Origin: a virus
Length of the DNA: 64,000 nucleotides
Virus record (IMG/VR): IMGVR_UViG_3300028423_001110
Span: 2,782 to 66,781 of that record
Reading direction: 5' to 3' (one strand)
Position numbers and translations under genes: made by a program
The notes under the pieces: generated by a model
Seen by the model: only the letters and a program-made list of their open reading frames with translations
Databases searched by the model: none
Told to the model about the DNA's origin: nothing
Part shown: positions 8,216-20,600 of the stretch, one piece after another
Layout: every line of letters begins with the position of its first letter
Numbering within the stretch: the stretch's first letter is position 1

Positions 8216-11200
8216 ATGTCTTCTACTGATAGGCAAAATCGATTACTAGTTACAGAAGATTGGAAAAGGATTTATCAATCATTTAGAAATGCAGAATTTC
8301 AAAGTTACGACTTTGATAATCTAAGACGAACTATGATAAATTATCTTCGGGAAAACTATCCAGAAGATTTTAATGATTATATAGAATCGTCTGAATATTT
8401 GGCTTTGATAGATATGATTGCATATCTTGGCCAAAATATTTCTTTTAGAATCGATCTTAATGCAAGAGAAAATTTTTTAGAATTAGCCGAACGTCGAGAA
8501 AGTGTATTAAGGCTTGCTCGCTTATTATCGTATAATCCAAAAAGAAATCAAGCATCAAACGGTCTTTTAAAAATAACAGCAGTTTCGACTACAGAAGAAG
8601 TAAGCGATTCGAATAACCTTAATCTTAGAAATCGAACAATAATTTGGAACGATCCTGCAAATTCTAACTGGAATGAACAGTTTGATAGAGTCATTAATGC
8701 AGCACTGTCGGTTAATGCTAAAATAGGAAATCCTGTTAAACAAGAAAATATTAACGGAGTTACCACGCAGCAATATAAACTTAATAGTGCAAGCAGGCAA
8801 GTTCCAGTTTACGGTTTTACAAAAAACGTAGACGGGCGTTCGGTTAATTTTGAAGTAGTTTCTACGGGTATTACCAACGATTCTATTGTAGAAGAAGCAC
8901 CGTTGCCTAACAGAAGATTTGGCTTTTTATATAGGAATGACGGACAAGGCCCTTCTAGTACAAATACAGGATATTTTAGTCATTTTAGACAAGGAGTTTT
9001 AGATTTTGGTAATTTTTCCGTTACTAATCCCAGTAGTAACCAAGTAGTTGCAATTGACCAAAGAAACATTAATAACTCAGATGTCTGGTTATATTCAGTT
9101 AATGAAAACGGCGTTGAACAAAAGTTATGGACAAAGGTTGACTCTGTTGAAGGAAACAACATAATCTATAATAGTATTGAAAAGAATCAACGAGACATTT
9201 ATTCTGTTCTTACTAGGATCGAAGATAGAATTAGTCTTATTTTTGCCGACGGCACATTTGGAAATCTTCCACAAGGCAGTTTTAGAGTTTACTATAGATC
9301 CAGCGTAAATTCTAGGTTATTTATTACACCTAGCGACATGAGAGGAATTGTAGTAAGGATACCGTATATTTCTCGTACAGGAAATGCAGAAACACTTGCC
9401 ATTTCATATTCATTAGAATACACAGTTGTTAACGGTTCGACTACTGAAACAAGTGCAAATATAAAATCTAGAGCACCTTCGACTTATTACACGCAAAATA
9501 GAATGGTTACTGGTGAAGATTATCAAGTAGCGCCGCTTAGTATAAGTCAAGAGATTGTTAAAGCTAAAGCAGTTAATCGAACATCGAGCGGAATTTCTAG
9601 ATATTTTGATCTAATTGATGCAACCGGAAAGTATTCTAGCACTAATCTATTTGGTACGGACGGTGCCTTATTTAAAGATTTTCTTGATGTAAAACAGTCT
9701 CTTAATTTTGAAAATCTAACCGACATCGAAGGCGAAATAGTTAACACAGTCCAACCAATTTTAAAAGATAGAAGATTAAATAATTTTTATTTAGATCAAT
9801 TTCCTTTAGTTTCGGTTCGCGACCTAAATAATAGCTGGCAACAAAAAACTGCAGATACCAATCAAAGCACAGGTAATTTTATTGATTTAAACGGAGATGA
9901 CGTTAGACTAGGAAACTTTACTGAATCTAATATGAAGTTTGTAAAACTTAATTCTCTCCTTAAATTCGAAGCACCAGACGGATTTCACTTTCTAAATGGA
10001 GAGCTGATTCAAGGAGAACCTGATTTTAGAGGCGGATCTTTATATAAATGGAGTAAAGTTGTTTCGATTGTTAACGACGGTACTTCAGTTCAAGAAAACG
10101 AGTTTGGTTCTGTTATTTTAAACGATGTAATACCAACTGGCGCAAAAATTGTCGATATTAGAACGCCTCTCCCTAATGCACTAGTCCAGAATGTAGAATC
10201 TCAAGCAATTAACGAAATTTTTAATCTAAGAACATTTGGTTTACGTTATGACCAAAATATCGGAGAGTGGCAAATTGTTTCTCAAAATAATCTAAATATT
10301 ATAGATGATTTTTCAACAGGCAAAACTGGTGATACTACAGGACAGCAGTTAGATTCTAGTTGGTTACTGTTATTTGAAACAGACGGAGAAAAATATACTA
10401 TCACTTATAGATCTTTGAGATATATTTTCGAAAGTGACAGAGAAATAAGGTTCTATTTTGATAGTACAGAAAAGATTTTTAATAACAAAAGCGGTAAAAC
10501 AGTAAAAGACAAGGTTACTGTTTTAGGAATTAATACCCAGCCAGATACAACCGAACCCTTTAATAAGGATTTTGATTGGGAAGTTACAAAAGAATTTAGA
10601 AACGAAAACGGGTATGTGGATAGCAAAAAGATAGAAATTTCGTTTTTTGATTCTGACGACGACGGTGTTGTAGATGACCCCGAAATTTTTGACCAAGTAG
10701 TTAATGAAACACAGAATATTCAAGATAAACTTGTGTTTTTAAGAAAAGAAGAATCACAAGACGGACTTATTGACTATGTTTTTGTTTCTCCTGAAGAAAT
10801 AAATGTAGAAATTTTACAATCAAAAAATTCTGGGGTGATTACAAGTAACTATTCAGACGGTCAATTATTTTATTTTATTGAACAAGACATCTTTGAAAAT
10901 CTCAATCGAAATACAGGTAATTTCACAATTAACACCAGTTTTCGAGCCAAAATAGGCCGATCGGGGATTAAATTTCATTATATACATAATGCTGATGAGA
11001 ATGCAAGAATTGATCCAAGTGCAAGTAACATAATTGATATCTATTTGCTTACACGACAATATGACACGCAATTTAGATTGTTTTTAGACGATGCTATAAT
11101 CGACAAACCTCTTCCGGCTAGTAGTGATAACTTATTCATTAGTTTTGGCCAAGAATTAAATAAAATTAAAACAATTAGTGATGAAATAATTTATCATTCT

Positions 11201-11677
11201 GCCAAATATAAAATTTTATTTGGAAATAAGGCAACCTCAGATTTGCAAGCAACTTTTAAAATAGTCAAAAGTAAAGACATTGTTATCAACGATAACGACT
11301 TAAAGTCAAGAGTGATAAGCACTATTAACAGATTTTTTGCTCTTGAAAACTGGGATTTTGGTGATAACTTTTATTTCTCTGAACTTGCAAGTTTTGTCAT
11401 GGCCGAGCTTTCGCCGGACATAATTACATTTGTTATAGTTCCTGTGCAACCTGATCAAAGTTTTGGATCTCTTTATGAAATTAAAGCAGAATCAGATGAA
11501 ATTTTTATTAGTGCTGCAACTGTAGAAGATATCGATATTATAGATGAAATTACAGCAAATCGACTAAATGCCGATGGAAATGTAATAACATCTGCTAGAT
11601 CTATTAATTCTGGTATACAAAGTGCAGACGATAATCCCCTAACAATAGGAGGCCCTTCTACTAATGGCTTACAATAA
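8216..11677 (+). CDS. gp6: Baseplate wedge subunit gp6-like
   Basis: DFDNLR..MINYL...FNDY.ESS...LID..AY, NARENFL..A.RRESV..LA..L.Y.P, LIFADG.FG..P and QNRMVTGEDY motifs. Confidence 0.85.
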   Translation: MSSTDRQNRLLVTEDWKRIYQSFRNAEFQSYDFDNLRRTMINYLRENYPEDFNDYIESSEYLALIDMIAYLGQNISFRIDLNARENFLELAERRESVLRLARLLSYNPKRNQASNGLLKITAVSTTEEVSDSNNLNLRNRTIIWNDPANSNWNEQFDRVINAALSVNAKIGNPVKQENINGVTTQQYKLNSASRQVPVYGFTKNVDGRSVNFEVVSTGITNDSIVEEAPLPNRRFGFLYRNDGQGPSSTNTGYFSHFRQGVLDFGNFSVTNPSSNQVVAIDQRNINNSDVWLYSVNENGVEQKLWTKVDSVEGNNIIYNSIEKNQRDIYSVLTRIEDRISLIFADGTFGNLPQGSFRVYYRSSVNSRLFITPSDMRGIVVRIPYISRTGNAETLAISYSLEYTVVNGSTTETSANIKSRAPSTYYTQNRMVTGEDYQVAPLSISQEIVKAKAVNRTSSGISRYFDLIDATGKYSSTNLFGTDGALFKDFLDVKQSLNFENLTDIEGEIVNTVQPILKDRRLNNFYLDQFPLVSVRDLNNSWQQKTADTNQSTGNFIDLNGDDVRLGNFTESNMKFVKLNSLLKFEAPDGFHFLNGELIQGEPDFRGGSLYKWSKVVSIVNDGTSVQENEFGSVILNDVIPTGAKIVDIRTPLPNALVQNVESQAINEIFNLRTFGLRYDQNIGEWQIVSQNNLNIIDDFSTGKTGDTTGQQLDSSWLLLFETDGEKYTITYRSLRYIFESDREIRFYFDSTEKIFNNKSGKTVKDKVTVLGINTQPDTTEPFNKDFDWEVTKEFRNENGYVDSKKIEISFFDSDDDGVVDDPEIFDQVVNETQNIQDKLVFLRKEESQDGLIDYVFVSPEEINVEILQSKNSGVITSNYSDGQLFYFIEQDIFENLNRNTGNFTINTSFRAKIGRSGIKFHYIHNADENARIDPSASNIIDIYLLTRQYDTQFRLFLDDAIIDKPLPASSDNLFISFGQELNKIKTISDEIIYHSAKYKILFGNKATSDLQATFKIVKSKDIVINDNDLKSRVISTINRFFALENWDFGDNFYFSELASFVMAELSPDIITFVIVPVQPDQSFGSLYEIKAESDEIFISAATVEDIDIIDEITANRLNADGNVITSARSINSGIQSADDNPLTIGGPSTNGLQ

Positions 11678-14600
11678 CGATCAGCAAGAGTATCCATTAC
11701 CAGACGGTTCCGACGATCGTAGAAGAAGCTCTCAGCATCTTCCTAGATACTTTAGAACAGAAGTTAACAATAAATTTTTATCTAGTACAATGGATCAAAT
11801 GATCCAACCGGGCGTAGTAGAAAATCTAAATGGATACATTGGTCGTAAAGAAGCAAAAGCATTTAAATCAGATGATTTTTATTTAGGTGACATTAGTAAG
11901 CAACGCGACGATTATCAATTGGAGCCTGCATCGATAATTCAAGATAATTTAGGAAATATAACTTTTTATAAGGACTATAACGATTATAGAAACCAATTAA
12001 AAAATTTAGAAAACTCCAATCTAAACGATAGTATTATTAATCAACAAGAATACTATGCATGGAATCCTCATGTTGATTGGGATAAACTTGTTAACTTTAG
12101 AGAATATTATTGGCTACCAAACGGTCCTGATCCGATACCAATTACAGGTAATCGAACCAATATTGCTACAACTTATACTGTAAATAATGTCGATAATTTG
12201 GATAATCGCGGTTTTGTTTTTTCTCCTGACGGGTTAACTCAAAACCCAGAATTAACATTATATCGAGGAATAACTTATAGATTTGAAATAGATTCTCCCA
12301 ATCTTCCGATTAGTATAAGAACAAATAGAATCGTTGCTCCAAATTGGCGTCCAGGAACTTATTATTTAGAAGGAGAAAGTGTTCAATTTAATGGACAAAT
12401 TTTTACTGCTGAAGTTCCGCATAGAGCAGTTAGCCCTCTTTCAGACTTAACAAATTCAACAATAGACGAATTATTTGAGTTAGATAGAGAGAAATGGAAT
12501 TTAGATAATTCATTTAATCTTGTAAAAGAAATTTCTAAACAAAACGTAGAAAACGGAACAATTGAATTAACATTAGGTCCAGAAACACCTGATTTTCTCT
12601 ATTATCTTTCTAATGAAGATATTAATGCCGGCGGCCTAATTAGAGTCTATGATATTGATCAAGCATCTTTTCTTAATATTGAACAAGAAATATTAGGTAA
12701 AAAAACATATACCACTACTAATGGGTTCTCGCTTTCAAATGGTATGAAAGTGTATTTTCAAGGTTCTACTTTTCCAGAAAAATTTCAAGAAGGAAATTAT
12801 TATGTAGAAGGAGTTGGAGAATTTATTAGTTTAATTACAGAAGAAAATTTAACACTAACTACGGCATTTGTAGAAGATGAATTTGTTGAATTTGATTCTG
12901 AAGGTTTTGATACCACACCTTTTTCTAGAAGTATCGGATTTCCGCGAGAAAAAGATTATCTTACTATAAACAGATCTTCTCAAGACGGAAATTTGTGGTC
13001 TAAGTACAATAGATGGTTCCATAGAGAAATTATAGAGACTGCTGCTAGAATTAATCAAACCGGTTTAGAATTAGATCAAAATCAACGAGCAATTCGACCT
13101 ATAATAGAGTTTGAGCCAAATATTAGGTTATTTAATTTTGGAACGATCGCTAAACAGCCAGTAGATTTGGTTGACAACTTTACAACCGATGTGTTTTCGA
13201 CGGTCGAAGGCAGTCAGGGCTACAACATCGACGGAGTAAATCTACAAAATGGTATGCGGGTTCTTTTCACAGCTGACACCGATCAAAGGGTCAGATCAAA
13301 GATTTATCGAGTCAATTTTATTAATTTTCAAAATAATAGACAAATTGCTCTTACTGAAACAGACGATTCAGAACCGCTAACCAACGAAGTAGTACTATGC
13401 GGACAAGGTACTACATTTGGCGGAAGAAATTTATTTTTTAACGGTGTTGAATGGAAGTTAGCCCAAGAAAAAAGAAGTGTGAACCAAGCTCCGTTATTTG
13501 AAGTTTATAACTGTTCAGGAGATAGTTTAGCTGATCCAGAAATTTACGAAGCAACTATTTTTAATGGAACTGAGATTTTTTCTTACAGAGTTAACAATAA
13601 TGGAATAGTTGATTCTGAATTAGGATTTCCTCTTTCTTACAGAAATATTGAAAATGTAGGCGATATTGTATTTGAGTTTGATTTGTTAAAAGACGCAGCT
13701 ACTTACTGTCCTGAAGGAAGCCAGGTTTTGCAAGAACCAGCCGGATTAGGTGTTTTGCATCAGTATAAGAATCGTACCGAATTTGATGCAGTTAACGGTT
13801 GGAAAATTGCAGATAATTTTAGTGATCAGCGAGTAATTAGACAGTTTGTTGCAGTACAGGATGATGTTTTCTTTCCTATTGATATGTACGACGAAAGCGG
13901 GTTGTTAACTGATCTTGAATTAAATATTACGGTAAACAATAAATTTCAAATACAAGGGTCAGACTATCAAATAGTTAATAATACTAGAAACACTGCGTTT
14001 GTGCAGTTCTTTAACGGATTAAACGAAAATGATATTGTTTTAATTAAGGCAAAATCAAAAGCACCTAAAAATAACAACGGCTTATATGAAATTCCTTCAA
14101 ATCTAGAAAAGAATCCTCTTAATGAAAATCTAGGAGATTTAACTCTCGGAGAAATTAATGATCATGCTAGAAGTATTGTTGAAGAAATAGAAAACTTTTC
14201 TGGAGAGTTTCCAGGAATAAGCAATTTAAGAGATCAACAAAACATTTCTAAATTTGGTAAAAGAATTATTAAGCACTCTGCTCCATTAAATTTAGCTTTG
14301 TTTCACTTGGTTGACAAAGATGCAAACTTAGTAAAAGCATTACGTTTTGCAAAAAACGAGTATGCAAAATTTAAAAGAAATTTCCTACAAGTTGCATTTG
14401 ATTTAGGATTTAACGGAGATGTAAAAAAACATGTCGATTTGATCCTTAAAGAAGTTAATCGTTACAAAAATAATTCAGATCCGTTTTACTTTTCAGATAT
14501 GCTTGCATATCGAGGAGAAAAAGTAGCACAATTTGAAATTGAATCAGACCAACAAAAATTCTTTAGTTTAATAGAACCTTTTAGTCTAAATGAAGTAAAT

Positions 14601-17600
14601 GATAAAGCAGTTTATGTTTATCTTAATCGTAAACAACTTCTTTTTGCAGTTGATTATACGTTTAATTCTGAAGGATTCTTGGTATTAGATTGTGAAATAA
14701 AACGCGGCGACGTATTAGAAATATGTGAATATGAATCTACAAATGGATCATTTATTCCTCCTACGCCGACTAAATTAGGTTTATATCCTCTCTCAACTCC
14801 GGAAAAATTAATTGACGATACCTATTTAGAAACACAAGAAATAATTCAGGGCCACGACGGAAGCAAGATTTTGGCTTTTGGAGACTTTAGAGACGATCTT
14901 CTTTTAGAACTAGAATACAGAATTTTTAATAATATTAAAGTAACATACGATAAAGAACTGTTTAACATTAATGAATTTGTGCCTAGTATCTTTTCGAATA
15001 CTAGTTTAACACAAGAACAAATTGAAAATACTATGTTAAATGAATTTGTCGAGTGGACCGAACTTATTGACGAAGAGTATTCAGAGAATCGATTCTATAA
15101 TAGACAAAATCCGTTTACTTATAATTACACTGGTTCAAGTAACTATCTTAATCAGCCAGTTAGCGGTTATTGGCGTGCAATTTATAAAAATGCCTTTGAC
15201 ACTGACAGGCCCCATTCTCATCCTTGGGAAATGCTAGGATTTACTAGCAAGCCTGCATGGTGGGAAGATCAATACGGCCCTGCACCTTATACGAAAGATA
15301 ACTTAATTTTATGGGAAGATCTAGAAGAAGGAATAATAAGGGAATCAGGAAACGTACCTATTGCAATAGATAGATACAAAAGACCAGGATTAACTTCTGC
15401 GCTTCCGGTTGACAATGAAGGCAATTTAGTTGCTCCGTTAACTTCGGGTTATATCCAAGATTATAATCCAAATAATTTTAGTAAAATTTTTAAATTTGGA
15501 GACCAAGGACCGGTAGAAACAGCCTGGAGACGTTCTTCTGAATACCCATTTGCGCTGCTGCTTTCTCTGTTTATTAATCAACCAAACAGAATTATGGCTG
15601 TTTGTTTTGACAGAATACGGCAACAGAGAAGTATTGCAGGAGAAATAATATATAATGAACCTAATCAGCATATTCAATTAAGCAAGTTAGTATTTCCTAA
15701 TTCTATAAATGACAACGAAAAGATTTTTTCTTCTGGCCTAGTAAATTACATGCGAGACTATTTGTCGTCGTCTGTTTCGGCAAATTACAACGAATATAAA
15801 AACAAACTCAGGTCTATTAATAATAAAATAGGATTTAAGTTAGGAGGGTTTACTAGCAAAGATAAATTTAATGTAATACTAGATTCTAGAACCCCGACAA
15901 ACCAAGGCAATGTTTTTATTCCAGAAGAAAATTATAAAATTTTTCTTAATCAAAGCAGTCCTGTAGAAAACATTTTTTATAGTGGTGTAATAATAGAAAA
16001 ACAGCCTGAAGGATTTGTAATAAAAGGCTACAATAAACAACGTCCGTTTTTTATTTTTAATCGCCCGTTAGATTCTCGATCTAATCCTAGTGTAAATGTT
16101 GGAGGTATTTCTGAAGTACCGACTCAGTGGGAACAAAATATATTTGTAACACGGGGTATTGCAATACAGTTTGAAGGTTCATTTTATAGAGTCTCGGTAT
16201 CGCATAATACAGGAACAGTATTCGACGAAACAAAATTTGTTAAAATCCCCAAACTTCCTATTACCGGAGGCCGAGATGCAATTTTCAAAAGAAAATTTAA
16301 TACCCAAGAAACAAGAGTACCATACGGTACTCTTTTACCAACTATTCAAGACGTAGTCGATTTCCTATTAGGTTATCAAAATTATTTAGAGTCTAAAGGT
16401 TTTATATTTGATTATTACAATAATGATACAGGTTTTGTTGCAAACTGGGAAACTTCGGCTAAAGAATTTATGTTTTGGACTACACAAAACTGGAGCGCAG
16501 GGACTGTTTTAGCTCTTTCTCCTGTTGCTGAGAGATTAAAGTTTAGATCAGAATTTTCAGTAGTAGATGATATCTATGATACGTTTTATGGCTATAGCCT
16601 ATTAAAAGTAGACGGAAATAAATTTTCTCCAGAGTTTGTGAGTTTGACACGAGAAGAGCCTAATTTCTTTGAAATACGGCCAAAAGCAACTGCCGATGGC
16701 ATTTTTGCAGTAAGATTATCTCTTGTTCAAAAGGAACATGTTTTTGTAATAGATAATAAAACTTCATTTAACGATATAATTTATGATCAAATTCCTGGAT
16801 ATAGGCAAGAAAGAGTAAAGGTTCTTGGATATAGAACAGCAAACTGGGACGGCTCGTTTAACACTCCTGGATTTATTTTTGATAATGCTGTAGTTACCGA
16901 GTGGCAACCGTGGAAAGACTACGCAATCGGCGACACAGTCAAATACAAAGAATTATATTATGCTGCAAAAAATAGAATACCAGGATCGCCGGTTTTTAAT
17001 TCTGAAGAATGGACGTTGCTTACCGAAAGACCGACTCCGCAGTTGTTACCTAACTGGGAATATAAAACAAATCAGTTTGCAGATTTTTACGATTTAGACA
17101 GCGATAACTTTGACGAAGAACAACAAAAATTTGCTCAACACCTAATCGGATATCAGAATAGAGATTATCTAGCGAATATCATCAATGATGATGTTTCCCA
17201 ATACAAATTTTATCAAGGTTTTATACAAGATAAAGGAACTTCGAACGCATTGTTAAAACTATTTGACGTTCTCGGGAATGCAAATAAAGAAAGTTTAGAA
17301 TTTTATGAAGAATGGGCCATAAAAGCAGGCCAATATGGTGCTTCACAGGGGTTTAAAGAAGTACAATACAAATTAGACGAAACTCAATTTAACGCATCTC
17401 CTCAGCCAATTGAGTTAACTAATTCTCAAATTGCAAAAAATGATTTAGTTTATCGTATACCTTCCTACGAGGTTTTCTTGAAAAATGAAGGGTACGATCA
17501 TAAACCGTTTCCAGAAAAGAAAATCGAAAATTATTTTTTAAAAACTAGCGGATATGTTAATCCAGAAGATATAAACTTTAAAGTAGATCAGTATGCTGAT

Positions 17601-20600
17601 ATCTTGAATATTAATTTTCAAGATTTAAATTTTTCTGATATTGTCTGGATCGGAAACGAAAACAATACCTGGAATATTTATACTGTTGTAAGAACAGATA
17701 TCACAATTGAATTAATAGAAACCGGAACAAACGGATATAGATTATATCTTGATACTACTAATTTTAATTTTGAAATTGGAGAAATAATAGGCGTTTATAA
17801 TCAATCCAGCATTGAAGGTTTGTATCAAATTGATGATATTAAAAATAATTATTTACTAATTTCTGTAGAAAACCCGATAGATCTACCCGGAGAAAAATTT
17901 AATGGTAAAATCTATAAGTTTGTATCTACAAGATTCGAAAACGAAGCAAGTATAAATGCTCAAACAAAAAATATAGAAAACGGTATACAGACAGTTTGGG
18001 TTGATAACATCGATAATGATTGGAAAGTTTTACAACGAAATAAAGTTTTTAGCCAAAATGGTATAATTTCTCAAGAAGAAAGCGAACTCGGTACAAATTT
18101 TGCAACTTCTTTTGATGTGAACGATCGAAATACTGTGTTGGTTGTTGGAGAACCGGACCGCCAAGACGGACAAGTCTGTGTATATACACGACCTTCGCCT
18201 ACTTCAACCTTTAGCCTTGTTGAGACTTTAGAATTACCTAACAATATTGCTGATAGCTTTCCTCGATTCGGCGCAAGCGTTGCAATTTCGCAGAATGGTG
18301 ACTATCTTGCTATCGGATCGCCTAATGCTTCAAATGTAAAAACTGCTTTTCGAGATGATTTTATTGAAAGTAACGACTATGCTGCTGGCGAAATAGTAAG
18401 ATATCAAGACAATTTATGGCAAGCATTAACTGATATTAACGGTTCTATTTCTAATGTAATTTTCGGATCGTTTGCATCGGTTCTACAGTCTCGAATCGAT
18501 TTGAATTTGATCGACGAAGATGATAAAGAAATCCCGATTTTACTAACAGCAAACTATCCTTTTCAAAATATTGAAGTAGCAAATCAAAGTCATATATTAG
18601 TACGAGCACCGGTTGATATGTATGACGGATCTGCAATAGGAGACAAGGTTGTTTTAAAATGGAACACACTTTCATATGCATATCAGAATAATAACGAGCT
18701 AACGCCAGTTGAGCCGTTCAATAATGAGATACAAGGTTTAGACTCTGAATTAATAACAAGAGAACACACAATTGCAGAAAAAGTAGATATTATTTTACAT
18801 ATTCAAAATGCTACTACCGTACCGACAGTTGGACAAACAGTTAATAGTCTTAATGCGTTCGGAACAGTTTCGTATGCCTATAATGAAGGCTCCGAAGTAA
18901 CTTTGTATATTGCAGACCAAAACGGTAATTTTGGTCTTGTTGGTTCTTTAATTACCGAACTAGGAGAATTTGTAGGTGAATATAATACTGCTGCACCAAT
19001 AAATGAAATTAGAGACATAGAAAATTATTGGGGAGGCTTTTGGAAAATTGATTTAGATTTTTCGTATACTATCGAAGATAAAACCAGAGACGAAGGACTA
19101 GGACTTGTCTATACAAATCTAATTACCGAGTTTAGCCAACAAGACACAGACTCGGATTACTATAACATATTAGATTATTCTACAAATATTTCGTCTAGTC
19201 TTGATACTCGTTATAGTGAAATTATTTCTCTTCCAAACAATGAATCCAACCTTGACGAAGAAGATCTTTATCTTATACGAGCTCCTAAAGAGGTAAGTGA
19301 TGAATTATCTTCAGGAGACCAAATTACTTTATTTTACAATAACATTCCGTCTTTTGATTCACAAAATTTTATAGACACAAATAACATAGGACTTTCGCCT
19401 GAAGAACTTAATCGTACTCATAATGTATTAGATCTGTGGGACGGATATATTGTTATCAATGCAACAGAGGTTATCAATGACGTGCCAGTTATCCCTAAAG
19501 TTGGATTAATTGTGCAAGACGTCACAAATGGCGGCACGGCTGAAATTGTCTTTGTTGAAAATGTAAGAAATATTAGATGGATACTCTATGTTAAAGAAGT
19601 ACAAGGAAGATGGGCACTAGGTAGCGAGTTTGGAGAACCTAGGCAAATAGAATTTTTAAGCGACGGATCAGGCGATTCGATTTATGATCCAGCTTTAGGA
19701 CAACAGCTTCTAGGTATTATTCTATCAAGAAGTCTTGGATTACCAGAAGAAGGCATAGGAAAACTTTTGGTATTTGATAAAAAAGATCAAATTCCCTTTT
19801 CAAATGAAGAAGCCGGTAGCATTTTAGATGCTGAATATTGGTTCTATACCGAAAAAGAAGTTGCAGGAAGAGCACGTCCTGCAGAATTTCCTAGCGAAGC
19901 TAGTAATAATTGGCAGCAAGTTTTTAATATTCCAGCCGGTGCCGGCGGAACAAGTAGCGGACTGCAAAACGAAGGTTTATTTTCGATTTATAAAAGAACA
20001 GGAACGTCGCAATGGAGTATTATAGATCACTTTATTGTTCCGCAACGTCATAATAATAGCAAACTAGGATATGATTTAGAATTTGCAGAAATTAATGACA
20101 TAATTAAACTTTTTGTTCGTGCTAAAGGAGAAAATGTTTTTGATTCGTCGGAAACCGACTATGGCAGATTATTTGTAATTAAAAATGGCATTGAAAACGG
20201 ATATAATTATAATTGGGAAATCGGCCGAGATAAGCAGTACAAAGGAGAATTTACAAACACTAGAAAATACTTTGAAAATGATATTGTGTTTGTAGAAGGA
20301 CAATTATATCAAGCAAAAACTAATATTGATCCCGAAAGTTTTGATTTTAATGATTGGGAATTACTAGACCGTGCTAGAGATTATTTAGGATTTTTACCAA
20401 ACGATACGTCTCTTGTTTTTGAAAGCGACATAGACAATATTATTGATCTTGAAAATCTTCAAGAATTTGCCTTTGAATTTTCTGTTTCTAAAAACGGCGA
20501 AGTCTTAGTTATTGCTTTACAATATAATAACGAACCTAACCGGGTTGTTATCTATCGCAATCTAAATGGCTTATACATTAAAACTCAAGAAATATTTGCA

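Noticed and set aside
18445-19880. Intein or homing endonuclease in the giant protein
   Set aside because: No C/S...HN-C/S/T splice junctions and no LAGLIDADG or HNH motifs.
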